This document shows, one piece after another, positions 8,714 to 17,874 of a DNA stretch of 59,552 nt; positions within the stretch are counted from its first letter, which is position 1, and each line of letters opens with the position of its first letter. Both the position numbers and the translations under genes were made by a program. The DNA is taken from contig PUNT01000031.1 in the NCBI GenBank assembly GCA_003551905.1, forward strand, positions 1 through 59,552, in the 5' to 3' direction. The notes under the pieces were generated by a model. That model searched no databases. It saw nothing but the letters and a program-made list of their open reading frames with translations, and was not told where the DNA came from. Source of the DNA: Halanaerobiales bacterium. Lineage in GTDB: Bacteria > Bacillota > Halanaerobiia > B1SED10-174.

Positions 8714-10240
8714 GTGAATAATCTAAAGCATTTATTTGTGTTGTTGCTGGTTTTACTGGTCGTTTTTATGGTTTTGGGTTGCGGTCTTTTGGGAAAAACC
8801 TATACGCTAACAGTTGGTGTTAATGATGTAGATGGAGGACTGGTGCACATCAACCCCCTGCAGGAAGAGTATTTGTGGGGTACGGTTGTGGAACTAACAG
8901 CAGTTCCATCAGCCGGCTGGCATTTGTTTGAATGGGATGGAGATGCATCAGGGACAGATGAGGTCATTAAAGTAAAGATGAATAAAGATAAATTAATTAT
9001 TGCAGTATTTGATATTATAGAAGAAGAATCAGGTTTTGCTGGTGGTGATGGAACTGAAGAGGAACCTTACCTGATAGGTAATGCAGAACAGCTTTCCCTT
9101 ATGAGGGATAACTTACAGAACCATTTTAAGCAGATTGCCCACATCAATTTAAAGGAATATGATGAAAATGGTGGCTGGGTACCCATAGGAGAGGAAGGGC
9201 AAGAATTCTCTGGATTTTTCGACGGCAATGGTTTTGAGATAATAAATTTAACAATCGACCGTTCTGAAACTAATTCTGTGGGGCTGTTTGGGTATCTAAG
9301 CAGCAATGCTGTAATTAGGGACGTAGCTTTAGAGGCAGCTAGTGTGACCGGAAAATATAATGTAGGAGCCCTTGCTGGTGTGAATAGCGGAACCATCAAG
9401 AATAGTTATGCAGTTATTATTGTGGAAGGGAATGACAATGTAGGTGGGCTTGTGGGATTAAATTCCGGTGGAGAAATAAAGGAAAGTTTTACAAAAGGCC
9501 AGGTTACAGGAGGATCTGAAGTTGGTGGGCTGGTGGGTGATAATCCCGGGGGGCTTATATCCCACAGTTATTCAGAAGCAGAAGTCCATGGAGGAGGTGT
9601 GGCAGGAGGGCTAGTTGGCAGGAGTGCAGGAAATATTGAGTTCAGTCATGCCAAAGGAAATGTGGAGGGGGACAGCTGGGCTGTAGGAGGGCTTGTAGGG
9701 CATATGAGTTCTGGAAACATAGAAGATTGTTATGCTACAGGTGATGTGCTATCTTATGGCTGGTGTGTTGGTGGGTTGGTGGGGAGCAGTTACAGTAGCA
9801 GTAGTATCAGCAGAAGCTATGCAACAGGAAATGTGACAGCTGAAGAAAATTCAGCAATAGGAGGACTTGTAGGAAATAATTCGGGAGATATTGCTGATTC
9901 CTATGCTAGAGGGGAAGTTACAGGACAGAAAGATGTGGGAGGATTTGCTGGAATTAACATCGGTGAGATTGTTAGTAGTTATGCAACAGGAAAAGTTACT
10001 GGTGACTTGAATAAAGGAGGACTTGTTGGCAAAGGGACCGGTCGTGTATTCTTTAGTTACTGGGATATAGAAACATCAGAACAGCCTCAATCTGCTGGTG
10101 GATATGGCCGAAACACTGAACAGATGAAAACAGGGGAAGCCAGTAAAACAGTTCAAGGTGATTTAATGTATGAAGACTGGGATGAAACAATTTGGAATTT
10201 TGGTACTGAGGAAGATTATCCTTACTTTATCTGGCAATAG
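8714..10240 (+). CDS. Surface lipoprotein with InlB-B-repeat-like domain and a long array of GLUG motifs
   Basis: 508 aa. GTG start after GGAGGG. Signal peptide with lipobox (LVVFMVLGC). YTLTV...GG.V...P...G..V.LTA.P..GW.F.EWDGD repeat domain, then about 12 repeats of the type N.G..(V/A)GGLVG (GLUG motif). Confidence 0.8.
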   Translation: MNNLKHLFVLLLVLLVVFMVLGCGLLGKTYTLTVGVNDVDGGLVHINPLQEEYLWGTVVELTAVPSAGWHLFEWDGDASGTDEVIKVKMNKDKLIIAVFDIIEEESGFAGGDGTEEEPYLIGNAEQLSLMRDNLQNHFKQIAHINLKEYDENGGWVPIGEEGQEFSGFFDGNGFEIINLTIDRSETNSVGLFGYLSSNAVIRDVALEAASVTGKYNVGALAGVNSGTIKNSYAVIIVEGNDNVGGLVGLNSGGEIKESFTKGQVTGGSEVGGLVGDNPGGLISHSYSEAEVHGGGVAGGLVGRSAGNIEFSHAKGNVEGDSWAVGGLVGHMSSGNIEDCYATGDVLSYGWCVGGLVGSSYSSSSISRSYATGNVTAEENSAIGGLVGNNSGDIADSYARGEVTGQKDVGGFAGINIGEIVSSYATGKVTGDLNKGGLVGKGTGRVFFSYWDIETSEQPQSAGGYGRNTEQMKTGEASKTVQGDLMYEDWDETIWNFGTEEDYPYFIWQ

Positions 10241-10253
10241 CTATAAAAGGAAA

Positions 10254-10288
10254 AGAGAACCTTAGATGTGGTTGAGGTTCTCTTTTTC
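10254..10288 (+). terminator. Rho-independent terminator
   Basis: AGAGAACC (10254-10261) pairs with GGTTCTCT (10276-10283), followed by TTTTT. Confidence 0.65.
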
Positions 10289-10395
10289 TGTTATGCAAGA
10301 ATAGAATCTTTAATTTTTTGGAGGAAAAATCCTTAAAATGGTGAAGATTAATATTGGTGTTGCTTTTTACTAAAAAATTCTAAGGAGGGTCAAAT

Positions 10396-10581
10396 GTGTT
10401 AAGGAAGCTGTTATATGGGAGCATCGTTGTAGCAGTGGTCGGCCTTATATTTTCTTTCTGGGGTTTTTCAACCCTGAATACCACCCTGCAAACAATTGGT
10501 TTAGTTCTGGTGATAGTTGGTGCGGTAGGATTTTTTGTATGGTATATAGGTTGGTATAGCAAACAGAGCCGCAGTGGCTGA
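10396..10581 (+). CDS. Small two-TM membrane protein (hypothetical)
   Basis: 61-aa ORF. GTG start 6 nt after AAGGAGGG. Two hydrophobic helices (SIVVAVVGLIFSFWGF / IGLVLVIVGAVGFFVWYIGW). Confidence 0.45.
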   Translation: MLRKLLYGSIVVAVVGLIFSFWGFSTLNTTLQTIGLVLVIVGAVGFFVWYIGWYSKQSRSG

Positions 10582-10639
10582 AAAGAAAATTATATTTGAT
10601 GACCCGGGGTATTATTAAATTGATAACTTGCTGTAGAAA

Positions 10640-10672
10640 AAACCTTCTCTAGCTTTATGCTGGAGAAGGTTT
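10640..10672 (-). terminator. Hairpin terminator overlapping the stop codon of the 10655..11443 gene
   Basis: AAACCTTCTC (10640-10649) pairs with GAGAAGGTTT (10663-10672). The A-run at 10636-10639 gives a U-tract on the minus strand. Confidence 0.45.
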
Positions 10673-11443
10673 ACTAGTTCTAATAACCCTGTATATATTA
10701 CCGGCTATTATTATCATACAGATGACAATCACTACAATAACACTAGTTTCTACCGGCTCACTGGCAAGTCTCTGGGATATGATACCCAGGAAAGCCCATA
10801 AGGCAACAAGGCTGTAGATCCAGTCCCTATTTTTCTGCATGAAAACAAGAACTATTACAGTTGCCACCATGGTAATCAGTATCATCCAAAAAGTTTCGGA
10901 TAGGCCAAATCCTCCCCACCCCATATCCACCAGGAAGGCGGTGAAATTGGCAACAGTTGCTATTGTTATCCAGCCAGTATAGATGCTAAAAGCAGGCTTG
11001 ACCAGTGAATTGACCTTTCCCTCACCTGTACTTTCTGTTGCATTCAACCTGTTATAGAGCAGGATTAAATTGGCCAGGAGCAGCAGCATGATTACAAGGG
11101 ATAACCCCACCTGCAGGTAATGCCAGGCGAATATCCAGGCAGCATTTAAAACGCAGGAAGAGAAAAAGAGATAGCCAATGCGGTTGACAAACATAAGCTC
11201 TTCCGGTTTTTTCTCCAGAATATTCTTGGCCTGATACACTACGAAAATACCCAGCAACAGGTAAATAAGGCCCCAGATAGAAAAAGTAAAGCCGGCTGGT
11301 GTGAATAGGTTGGGGTAAAGATCGGATATGTAGCCAGTATCAAGATTGTTGATGGGCAGGTAATTGGCCAGAAAATTAATAAGAACCATGCCTATAAAAC
11401 CCAGTATATTCAAGCCCTGAAAAAGCTTGTAGTTACTTTTCAT
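10655..11443 (-). CDS. Tryptophan-rich multi-pass membrane protein, TspO/MBR-related
   Basis: 262 aa, ~7 TM. N-terminal ...FLANYLPINNLDTGYISDLYPNLFTPAGFTFSIWGLIYLLL... resembles long Firmicute TspO/MBR-family proteins. ATG after GGAGGGA. Confidence 0.55.
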   Translation of the reverse strand: MKSNYKLFQGLNILGFIGMVLINFLANYLPINNLDTGYISDLYPNLFTPAGFTFSIWGLIYLLLGIFVVYQAKNILEKKPEELMFVNRIGYLFFSSCVLNAAWIFAWHYLQVGLSLVIMLLLLANLILLYNRLNATESTGEGKVNSLVKPAFSIYTGWITIATVANFTAFLVDMGWGGFGLSETFWMILITMVATVIVLVFMQKNRDWIYSLVALWAFLGIISQRLASEPVETSVIVVIVICMIIIAGNIYRVIRTSKPSPA

Positions 11444-11527
11444 TATTTTGTCCCTCCAGTTTATTATTTGAAAACATACTAAAAGGTCTCCTTTATCCCT
11501 CCCAGAATTATTTTTTGATTATTGGTG

Positions 11528-12220
11528 TTAAAATAATTTACCCAACCAGGGGCTTTCCGGGTAGATATCCCTGGCTTTTCTTAGCATTTCTTTTGATTTT
11601 TCTTCTTCATACTCATTGGCCAGGAGATTCAAAATTATAAAACTGTAAACAGGATGTTCAGCAGCCAGAATTTTTTGGAAGATTGCAATGCCTTTTTGCT
11701 TATCTCCTCCAGCAATTTTCGGAGCACTGATATAATAATTGGCTTGAAGCAGTAAAGATATATACTGATTTTTGTCCATTGCTATAGCATTCTCCAATAA
11801 ATCCAGGGCTTTACTGGAGTTTCTAATAATAAATAATGTGCTTTTGTAGCTAAATAATCTAGTCAAAGCTTCAGCTGCTAACCTTTTAGCCAGAGCGGTT
11901 TTTTCCAGATCTAGAGCTTTTTGTGCCAGCTCAAAAGCTAGAGAAAAGTGTTGTGCCGGGTCCCCTATACCAGCTATTCTTTTTATCTCTCCCCGGAACA
12001 CCTCTATTTTTGCCATGGATACATAAAAATAATAATCCTTTTGCATTTCCTGCCAGTTTTTTTCTCTTAAGTCCAGCTCGGCCAACGTTTTTTCTGTTTT
12101 CCCTGAACTGAAGAAAATCCGGGCTGGCTCGTCAAGTTCTCCACGGTACTCCACAATATTTTTGGTGTTCCCCAGTTGTGGGACCACCAAAGTGAAGAGA
12201 AGTAGAAAGCTAAAAATCAA
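11528..12220 (-). CDS. Secreted helical-repeat (TPR-like) hypothetical protein
   Basis: 230-aa ORF with hydrophobic N-terminus and an alpha-helical repeat-like body. TTG 12220 has no SD. An in-frame ATT at 12247 lies 8 nt after AGGAG and would add a K-K n-region. Confidence 0.6.
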   Translation of the reverse strand: MIFSFLLLFTLVVPQLGNTKNIVEYRGELDEPARIFFSSGKTEKTLAELDLREKNWQEMQKDYYFYVSMAKIEVFRGEIKRIAGIGDPAQHFSLAFELAQKALDLEKTALAKRLAAEALTRLFSYKSTLFIIRNSSKALDLLENAIAMDKNQYISLLLQANYYISAPKIAGGDKQKGIAIFQKILAAEHPVYSFIILNLLANEYEEEKSKEMLRKARDIYPESPWLGKLF

Positions 12221-12603
12221 TAAGTTTTTTTTGTTAGAAGCACCAATTTGCCAGGCTCCTCTCCAGCCAGGATGAAAGAATAGCTATTATTGGGGGCAGG
12301 TTTTGCATCCATTTTTTCATGTGGAACTTTGTAATTATATCACAATTTTTTTTCATAGGAAAGAAAGAAAAATTGCAATGAAGTTAATAATTTTCTATAT
12401 TTCCTTCAATAGGTAATAAGCTTTTATTTTTCTGACTGCTTGTGATGACAAAAAAAGAGCATTTACCAAAACCGACTGATCTTTGCCGGATTATGGTACA
12501 TGCTCTTGGTGCTTTTGATTTTCTTAGCTTTAGAAGAAACTTCAACCTCAGTTTCTCCCACTTCATAAAGATTTTACAGGGAATAAATGATAGGCCTAAA
12601 AAT

Positions 12604-13668
12604 CTAGCCGGCGACTACCCTATCCTTGCCAGCTTTTTTCCCTTCATACAGGGCTTTATCGCCACGAATTAAAAATTTCTTCAGGTCGTCGTCATCTTTT
12701 ATTCTAGTTATTCCAAAGCTGGCTGTTATTTTGTCTTCTATGGGAGGGAAATAGATCTGGCTAATTTTTTCTCTAATTCGTTCAGCAACCTGCACTGCTG
12801 CTTTTTCGTCAGCTTCTGCTAATATTATGGCAAATTCCTCCCCACCAATCCTGGCTGCCATATCTTCTTGGCGGGTTTCATCCTGGAAAATTTTCCCCAG
12901 GGCAACCAGGACATCATCGCCAACATTGTGGCCATAGGTGTCGTTAATATTTTTGAAATTATCCACATCGGCCACAATAACCGAGAGGGGTTGGGAATGT
13001 CTCTGGGCTCTGGAGACCATTTTCCCCAGATATTCCATGAATGATCGGCGATTGGAGAGGCCGGTTAAGTCATCAGTTCTCAAAAGTTTTTCCATCCTTT
13101 TATGCAATTCTTTCAGTTCCCTGGAATCCTTTATTCCCCTCATTATAAAGTAGGTGACAAAAATATAGATGGGTACAGCTATGGCCTGCAGGGTCAAGCG
13201 GAGAAAAATATTCTCCAGCAGGGGAACTCCATAAGCCCGGTAAAGGAGTATGGGTGTGGAGATGCCAGAGACGACTATATAAGGTATGCTTATAGCTGCA
13301 ATTATAGCTTTAAGACTGAAACTGGCAAAGATGTGATTGTAGATGTATCCTGCCAGAAATCCCCTGGCAATTGAAGTCAGGGTAAAGCTGAAGAGATATT
13401 CATCCATGCCATGCCAGATGGCTACAGAAAGAATGTCATTAAGACCACCTAATATAGCTCCCATCATTGGCCCCAGCAGGATGCCGGCAAACATGGTTAT
13501 TATTGCAGTAAAGCCCAGGCGGAAAGCTTCTTCAAAAGGTGGTATGGAAAACGTCAGGACATTGGCCGGATTTGCCAGGAATACTCCCGAGCACAGGAGA
13601 ATAATAGCTATCTTCCATGTGTTCAGTCTGCTATAGGGATGAACAGTTTTATTGTGTTTTTTGATCAA
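12604..13668 (-). CDS. Membrane-anchored diguanylate cyclase (GGDEF domain, GGEEF active site)
   Basis: 354 aa. ~6 TM N-terminal half, then ...DDLTGLSNRRSF..., ...VIVADVDNFKNINDTYGHNVGD..., ...RIGGEEFAIIL... Confidence 0.85.
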   Translation of the reverse strand: MIKKHNKTVHPYSRLNTWKIAIILLCSGVFLANPANVLTFSIPPFEEAFRLGFTAIITMFAGILLGPMMGAILGGLNDILSVAIWHGMDEYLFSFTLTSIARGFLAGYIYNHIFASFSLKAIIAAISIPYIVVSGISTPILLYRAYGVPLLENIFLRLTLQAIAVPIYIFVTYFIMRGIKDSRELKELHKRMEKLLRTDDLTGLSNRRSFMEYLGKMVSRAQRHSQPLSVIVADVDNFKNINDTYGHNVGDDVLVALGKIFQDETRQEDMAARIGGEEFAIILAEADEKAAVQVAERIREKISQIYFPPIEDKITASFGITRIKDDDDLKKFLIRGDKALYEGKKAGKDRVVAG

Positions 13669-14014
13669 TCTCAGCAGGTAAATGAAAAAAACCCTCTCAT
13701 ATTTTAGATTGCACTTCTTACTGATTCGTTGGGCTATGGTATTATCTTTGGCAAAAAGTTATAATTTCCTCTAGCAAAATTATTTGTTGAGACCATAAGC
13801 AGAGCTGTAATTATTTATTAACCTCCCGGCCCTTTCAAGAAGCTGAATAATAATTTGAAAAAATAATTAAAAATTCGTATCAACTCAGGAGGGAGAAAGA
13901 AAAATAGGGGCGAATTTGTCATAGTAAAAGACAAACAAGGAGGGATTGATGAATTAGTTAGATCCTGTTATGGCTGGTGAAAGAGCAATTTAATTTGAGA
14001 TTGGAGTGAAGTAA

Positions 14015-15472
14015 TTGTTAGAGACGGTTACTGGTGGTAGCCTGAAAGTTCTCAAGGATGGAGACATGCAAGAGATACATCAGGCAACGTTGGATATTAT
14101 GGAAGATACAGGCATAAAAGTTCACAACAAGAGAGCCCTGGAAATATTCGCCAGTCATGGTGCTCAGGTTGATAAGGGAAAAAAGCTGGTTAAGATACCT
14201 CCCTCCATGGTGGAAGATGCTTTAGCCAGCACACCTTCTTCTGTTGTTCTATGCGGTCGAGAAGAAAAATATGACTTGCATCTGAGCAAGACCAATACCT
14301 ACCTGGGAACAGGAGGTACTGTCCTCTCAACTCTAGACCTGGAAACAGGGAAAAAGCGGCCAACAGAAACCAGTGATATTGCCGGCTATGCCAGACTCAC
14401 CGATAGCCTGGAGAATATCGCTTTTTTTGTTATCAACTGTTACCCGGATGATGTGGAGATTGAAGATGTAGATGTAAATAGATTCTATCACTCCCTGGCC
14501 AATACCAGCAAACATGTGATGGGTGGAATCTATACCATGAAGGGCCTGAAGGATGTTATTTCCATGGGGGAGGATATAGCAGGAGGTAAAGAAAAACTCC
14601 TTGCCCGCCCCTTCCTGTCCTTCATAACCCTGATGATGAGTCCTCTGGTAATGGAAACTGACTATACTGATTTTCTCATAGAGGTAGCCCAGTATGGTTT
14701 GCCCATTGCCACACCCTCAGAACCCCTGGCCGGGGCAACATCGCCAGTAACCCTTGCTGGCACCATAACCATCAACAATATCGAATCCCTGGCTGGTCTC
14801 ATACTGGTTCAACTTATCAACAAAGGTAATCCCACCCTCTATGGTTCAACTTCCAGCATCATGGATCCCCGCTCCGGCATATATCTGTCTGGCTGTATTG
14901 AATCTGCCCTCATCAATGCTGGTTGTGCCCAGATGGCCCAGTACTATGACATTCCCATCTACGCAACTGGGGGCATGTCTGATTCCAAGGTAGTGGACTG
15001 TCAGGCTGGCTATGAAAAAGCTGCAACAGCCCTAACAGTAGCACTTTCCGGGGCCAATTTCATCCATGATGCTGCCGGCCTCCTGGAATTCTGTACCACC
15101 CTTTCCTATGAACAGATGGTAATCGATAATGAAATACTGGGTATAGTTCTCAGGGCTACCAGAGGTGTAGAGGTTGACAGTGAAGCTATTGCTGCTGATG
15201 TTATCCGCTCAGTTGGTCCTGGAGGCAATTTCCTGGCTGAAGAACACACTGCTCGCAATGTTCGCAAGGAGTTCTTCATGCCCAAGGTTGCTGATAGGAA
15301 TACCCGGGATAAGTGGGAAAATATGGGTTCGCCAGATACCCATACAAGAGCCAGGGAAAAGGCGCAAAAACTGCTAAGAGAGCACAAGCCCCTGGGATTT
15401 CCTGAAGAGGTTGAAAAACTTCTTGTGGACAGGTACCAGGGCATCAAGAAAAGGAGTGTCCAGGAAAAATGA
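14015..15472 (+). CDS. MttB-superfamily (trimethylamine methyltransferase-like) protein, non-pyrrolysine type
   Basis: 485-aa uninterrupted ORF. Family-typical ...IHQATLDIMEDTGIKV..., ...NTSKHVMGGIYT..., ...GPGGNFLAEEHT... No in-frame TAG. Confidence 0.85.
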   Translation: MLETVTGGSLKVLKDGDMQEIHQATLDIMEDTGIKVHNKRALEIFASHGAQVDKGKKLVKIPPSMVEDALASTPSSVVLCGREEKYDLHLSKTNTYLGTGGTVLSTLDLETGKKRPTETSDIAGYARLTDSLENIAFFVINCYPDDVEIEDVDVNRFYHSLANTSKHVMGGIYTMKGLKDVISMGEDIAGGKEKLLARPFLSFITLMMSPLVMETDYTDFLIEVAQYGLPIATPSEPLAGATSPVTLAGTITINNIESLAGLILVQLINKGNPTLYGSTSSIMDPRSGIYLSGCIESALINAGCAQMAQYYDIPIYATGGMSDSKVVDCQAGYEKAATALTVALSGANFIHDAAGLLEFCTTLSYEQMVIDNEILGIVLRATRGVEVDSEAIAADVIRSVGPGGNFLAEEHTARNVRKEFFMPKVADRNTRDKWENMGSPDTHTRAREKAQKLLREHKPLGFPEEVEKLLVDRYQGIKKRSVQEK

Positions 15473-16917
15473 GTTTTCAGGGTTTCAGCAGCGGTTATTA
15501 CCGCCCCCTATCGGTAAAAGAAGTTGAGCGCATACACAATACCTCCATGCGAATCTTGGAAGAAGTAGGCTTTATGATAGACAACGATAGAGTTCTCAAG
15601 TTTTTGGAGGACTATGGTTGCCAGGTGGACTATGAGAACAAAAGAGTTTTTGTGGAAACTAAATTGCTTCTGAAAACCATCAAAAGAGCCCCAGCCCGAA
15701 TTTTTCTCTGTGCTAGAGATGAAGAGAAAGATCTAATAATAGAACCCAATAAAACATTTTTCAGCAACGGAGGTACCGCCATCAAGATGATAGATCTGGA
15801 TAATGGCAAAAGACGAGATACCTGCCTTAAAGATCTGGCCCAGATTTGCAAGGTAGTGGATATACTAAAGAATATCCATGTGGTTCACCTGCCGGTTTAC
15901 CCCAATGAATTACCCATGGAAACAGTTGATATCCACCGCTTTTTTACAGCCCTGAACAATAATACCAAGCATGTAATGGGAGGACTCTATACACTGCAAG
16001 GGGCCAGAGATGTCATCAGGATTGCCAGCATTATAAACGGGTCAAACAGCCTGGCAGAAAAACCAATAATCAGTTTCATCACTTCACTGATCAGCCCCCT
16101 GAAGATAGAAGGAAATTATGCAGATATAATGTACGAGGCAGCTCAAAACGGTATTCCTGTGGTCACTTCTGTTTGTTCCATAGCTGGTCTTACCACCCCC
16201 ATTACCTTAGCCGGCCAGTTGGCTCAGTTGAATGCCGAAGCCCTGAGCGGTATATTCCTCATGCAGGTCTTTAAAGCCGGGTCGCCAGCTTTTTATAGTG
16301 TGGTTCCAACCATTGCGGACATGCGTTCAATGCAATTTCTCTTTGGGTCAATAGAAAGTGGTCTCATGAACTCAGCCCTGGCCCAGATGGCTTCATTCTA
16401 CAATTTGCCCATGTATTCCACCGGGGGAGTAACAGATTCCAAGACCAGCGATATACAGGCCGGATTTGAAAAAGGCATGAGCAGTTTAATGCTTTCCCTG
16501 GCCGGAGGTCAGCTAATCCACAATTCAGCCGGGCTGCTGGAGGGAAGTATTGTCTTCAGCCTGGAAGAACTCATTATTGATGATGAGATAAATGGTATGG
16601 CCTTGCGAGCTGCCCGGGGTATTGAGATCGATGAACAGACACTGGCTTTTGCAGCCATCAAAGAGGTTGGTCCCGGGGGCAATTATATTACCCATCCCCA
16701 TACCATGAATTATCTGCACTCAGAGAACTTCTTTCCCCAGGTAGCAGAGCGGAGCAACTACGTGGAATGGATACAGAAAGGAGCCTGGACATCGCCAGGT
16801 AAAGCCAATAAGATAAGCAAGGATATTCTGGAAACTCATCATGTACCGCCACTGGAGGATAATGTGCTGGAACAGATAGAGAAAGAGTTTCCCCAGTTAC
16901 AACAGCTAAAGGTATAA
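15469..16917 (+). CDS. Second MttB-superfamily protein, non-pyrrolysine type (paralogue)
   Basis: 482 aa. ATG overlaps the upstream stop (ATGA at 15469-15472). ...IHNTSMRILEEVGF..., ...NNTKHVMGGLYT..., ...GPGGNYITHPHT... Confidence 0.85.
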   Translation: MSFQGFSSGYYRPLSVKEVERIHNTSMRILEEVGFMIDNDRVLKFLEDYGCQVDYENKRVFVETKLLLKTIKRAPARIFLCARDEEKDLIIEPNKTFFSNGGTAIKMIDLDNGKRRDTCLKDLAQICKVVDILKNIHVVHLPVYPNELPMETVDIHRFFTALNNNTKHVMGGLYTLQGARDVIRIASIINGSNSLAEKPIISFITSLISPLKIEGNYADIMYEAAQNGIPVVTSVCSIAGLTTPITLAGQLAQLNAEALSGIFLMQVFKAGSPAFYSVVPTIADMRSMQFLFGSIESGLMNSALAQMASFYNLPMYSTGGVTDSKTSDIQAGFEKGMSSLMLSLAGGQLIHNSAGLLEGSIVFSLEELIIDDEINGMALRAARGIEIDEQTLAFAAIKEVGPGGNYITHPHTMNYLHSENFFPQVAERSNYVEWIQKGAWTSPGKANKISKDILETHHVPPLEDNVLEQIEKEFPQLQQLKV

Positions 16918-16938
16918 AAAACTTGTAGTTAAAACTAG

Positions 16939-16966
16939 AAGCGAGTCTTCGGGCTCGCTTATTCTA
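16939..16966 (+). terminator. Probable terminator after the MttB pair
   Basis: GCGAG(TC) TTCG (GG)CTCGC hairpin at 16941-16958 followed by a T-rich stretch; the U-tract is weak. Confidence 0.45.
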
Positions 16967-17139
16967 TTGTCCGGAATGTAGTTTACCCATTATGGCTAGT
17001 AATGGATGAGGTTCTTAGGGGGCTGCTGTTTTTTTAGGGTGAAAAACTCCTCTTTTTATTTGCCGGGAGCTCACCTGTTCAATATATCATGAACACTTTT
17101 ATAAATGGAGAAGTTGTGATATATTGAAAAAGAAGCTGT

Positions 17140-17874
17140 GTGATGTCAGACAGTGAACAGAGTTCCTGGGGAGGCGAAAAATTGGCAGCGGAAAAGATTC
17201 TTCTGATTGAAGATGAGAAGAACATCTATGAACTGCTCCGCTATAATCTGCAAAAAGAAGGTTATGAATTGCTATGGGCTCAGGATGGCCAGGTGGGGCT
17301 GGACTTATTTGCTCGGGAAAAACCGGACCTAATTCTCCTGGACTTGATGCTCCCCGGTATTGATGGCCTGGAGGTTTGCAAGCAGATAAGGGCTAAAACA
17401 GGCTATGCTGTTCCCATCATTATTCTCACAGCCCGAGGAGATGAAGTGGATAAAGTGGTGGGACTGGAAATGGGCGCTGATGATTATATAACTAAACCAT
17501 TCAGCAACCGAGAAGTCCTGGCCCGGGTCAAAGCTGCTCTGCGCCGCAAGGATGTTTTCCAGGCCCAGGATGTACTAAAGCGAGGCTTTCTGGAATTAAA
17601 ACCTGATGAATTTCAGGCTTACTACCACCAGGAAGAACTGACTTTGACAACCAAGGAATTTGCCCTCCTATATTACCTCTGCAAAAACCCGGGAAAAGTT
17701 GTTACCCGGGAAGAGGCTTTGCAGGAAATCTGGGGGTATGATTATTATGGTGATACCCGCACTGTTGATGTGCATATCCGAAAAATCCGCTATAAACTGG
17801 AGCAGATTAATTCTCAGGACATGCCTGTTGAAACGGTAAGGGGTGTTGGTTACCGCTGGAGGAATAAAAGATGA
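17140..17874 (+). CDS. phoP: OmpR-family response regulator, probable phosphate-regulon regulator
   Basis: Receiver domain (ILLIEDE..., DLILLDLMLPGIDG) plus winged-helix output (...TRTVDVHIRKIR...VRGVGYRW). Lies upstream of a PhoR-like kinase and pstB-phoU. Confidence 0.8.
   Translation: MMSDSEQSSWGGEKLAAEKILLIEDEKNIYELLRYNLQKEGYELLWAQDGQVGLDLFAREKPDLILLDLMLPGIDGLEVCKQIRAKTGYAVPIIILTARGDEVDKVVGLEMGADDYITKPFSNREVLARVKAALRRKDVFQAQDVLKRGFLELKPDEFQAYYHQEELTLTTKEFALLYYLCKNPGKVVTREEALQEIWGYDYYGDTRTVDVHIRKIRYKLEQINSQDMPVETVRGVGYRWRNKR

Noticed and set aside
9400-10050. Periodic nucleotide repeats that might have been a CRISPR or VNTR array
   Set aside because: The periodicity is the degenerate GLUG protein repeat (…GGLVG…) inside one long ORF. 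There are no identical direct repeats with unique spacers. No CRISPR array was seen anywhere in the window.
12384-12672. Two overlapping 60-76-aa ORFs between the helical-repeat gene and the GGDEF gene
   Set aside because: They lie over a probable minus-strand terminator (AAGAGCAT/ATGCTCTT, 12455-12507) and promoter region, and they have no SD.
14015-16917. Possible pyrrolysine (in-frame TAG) in the MttB homologues
   Set aside because: Both ORFs are full length (485 and 482 aa) with no internal amber codon, so they are non-Pyl family members.
17000-17139. Pho-box repeats upstream of phoP
   Set aside because: Only loose TGAACA/TTCAAT-like hexamers occur, without the regular spacing expected for PhoP/PhoB boxes.
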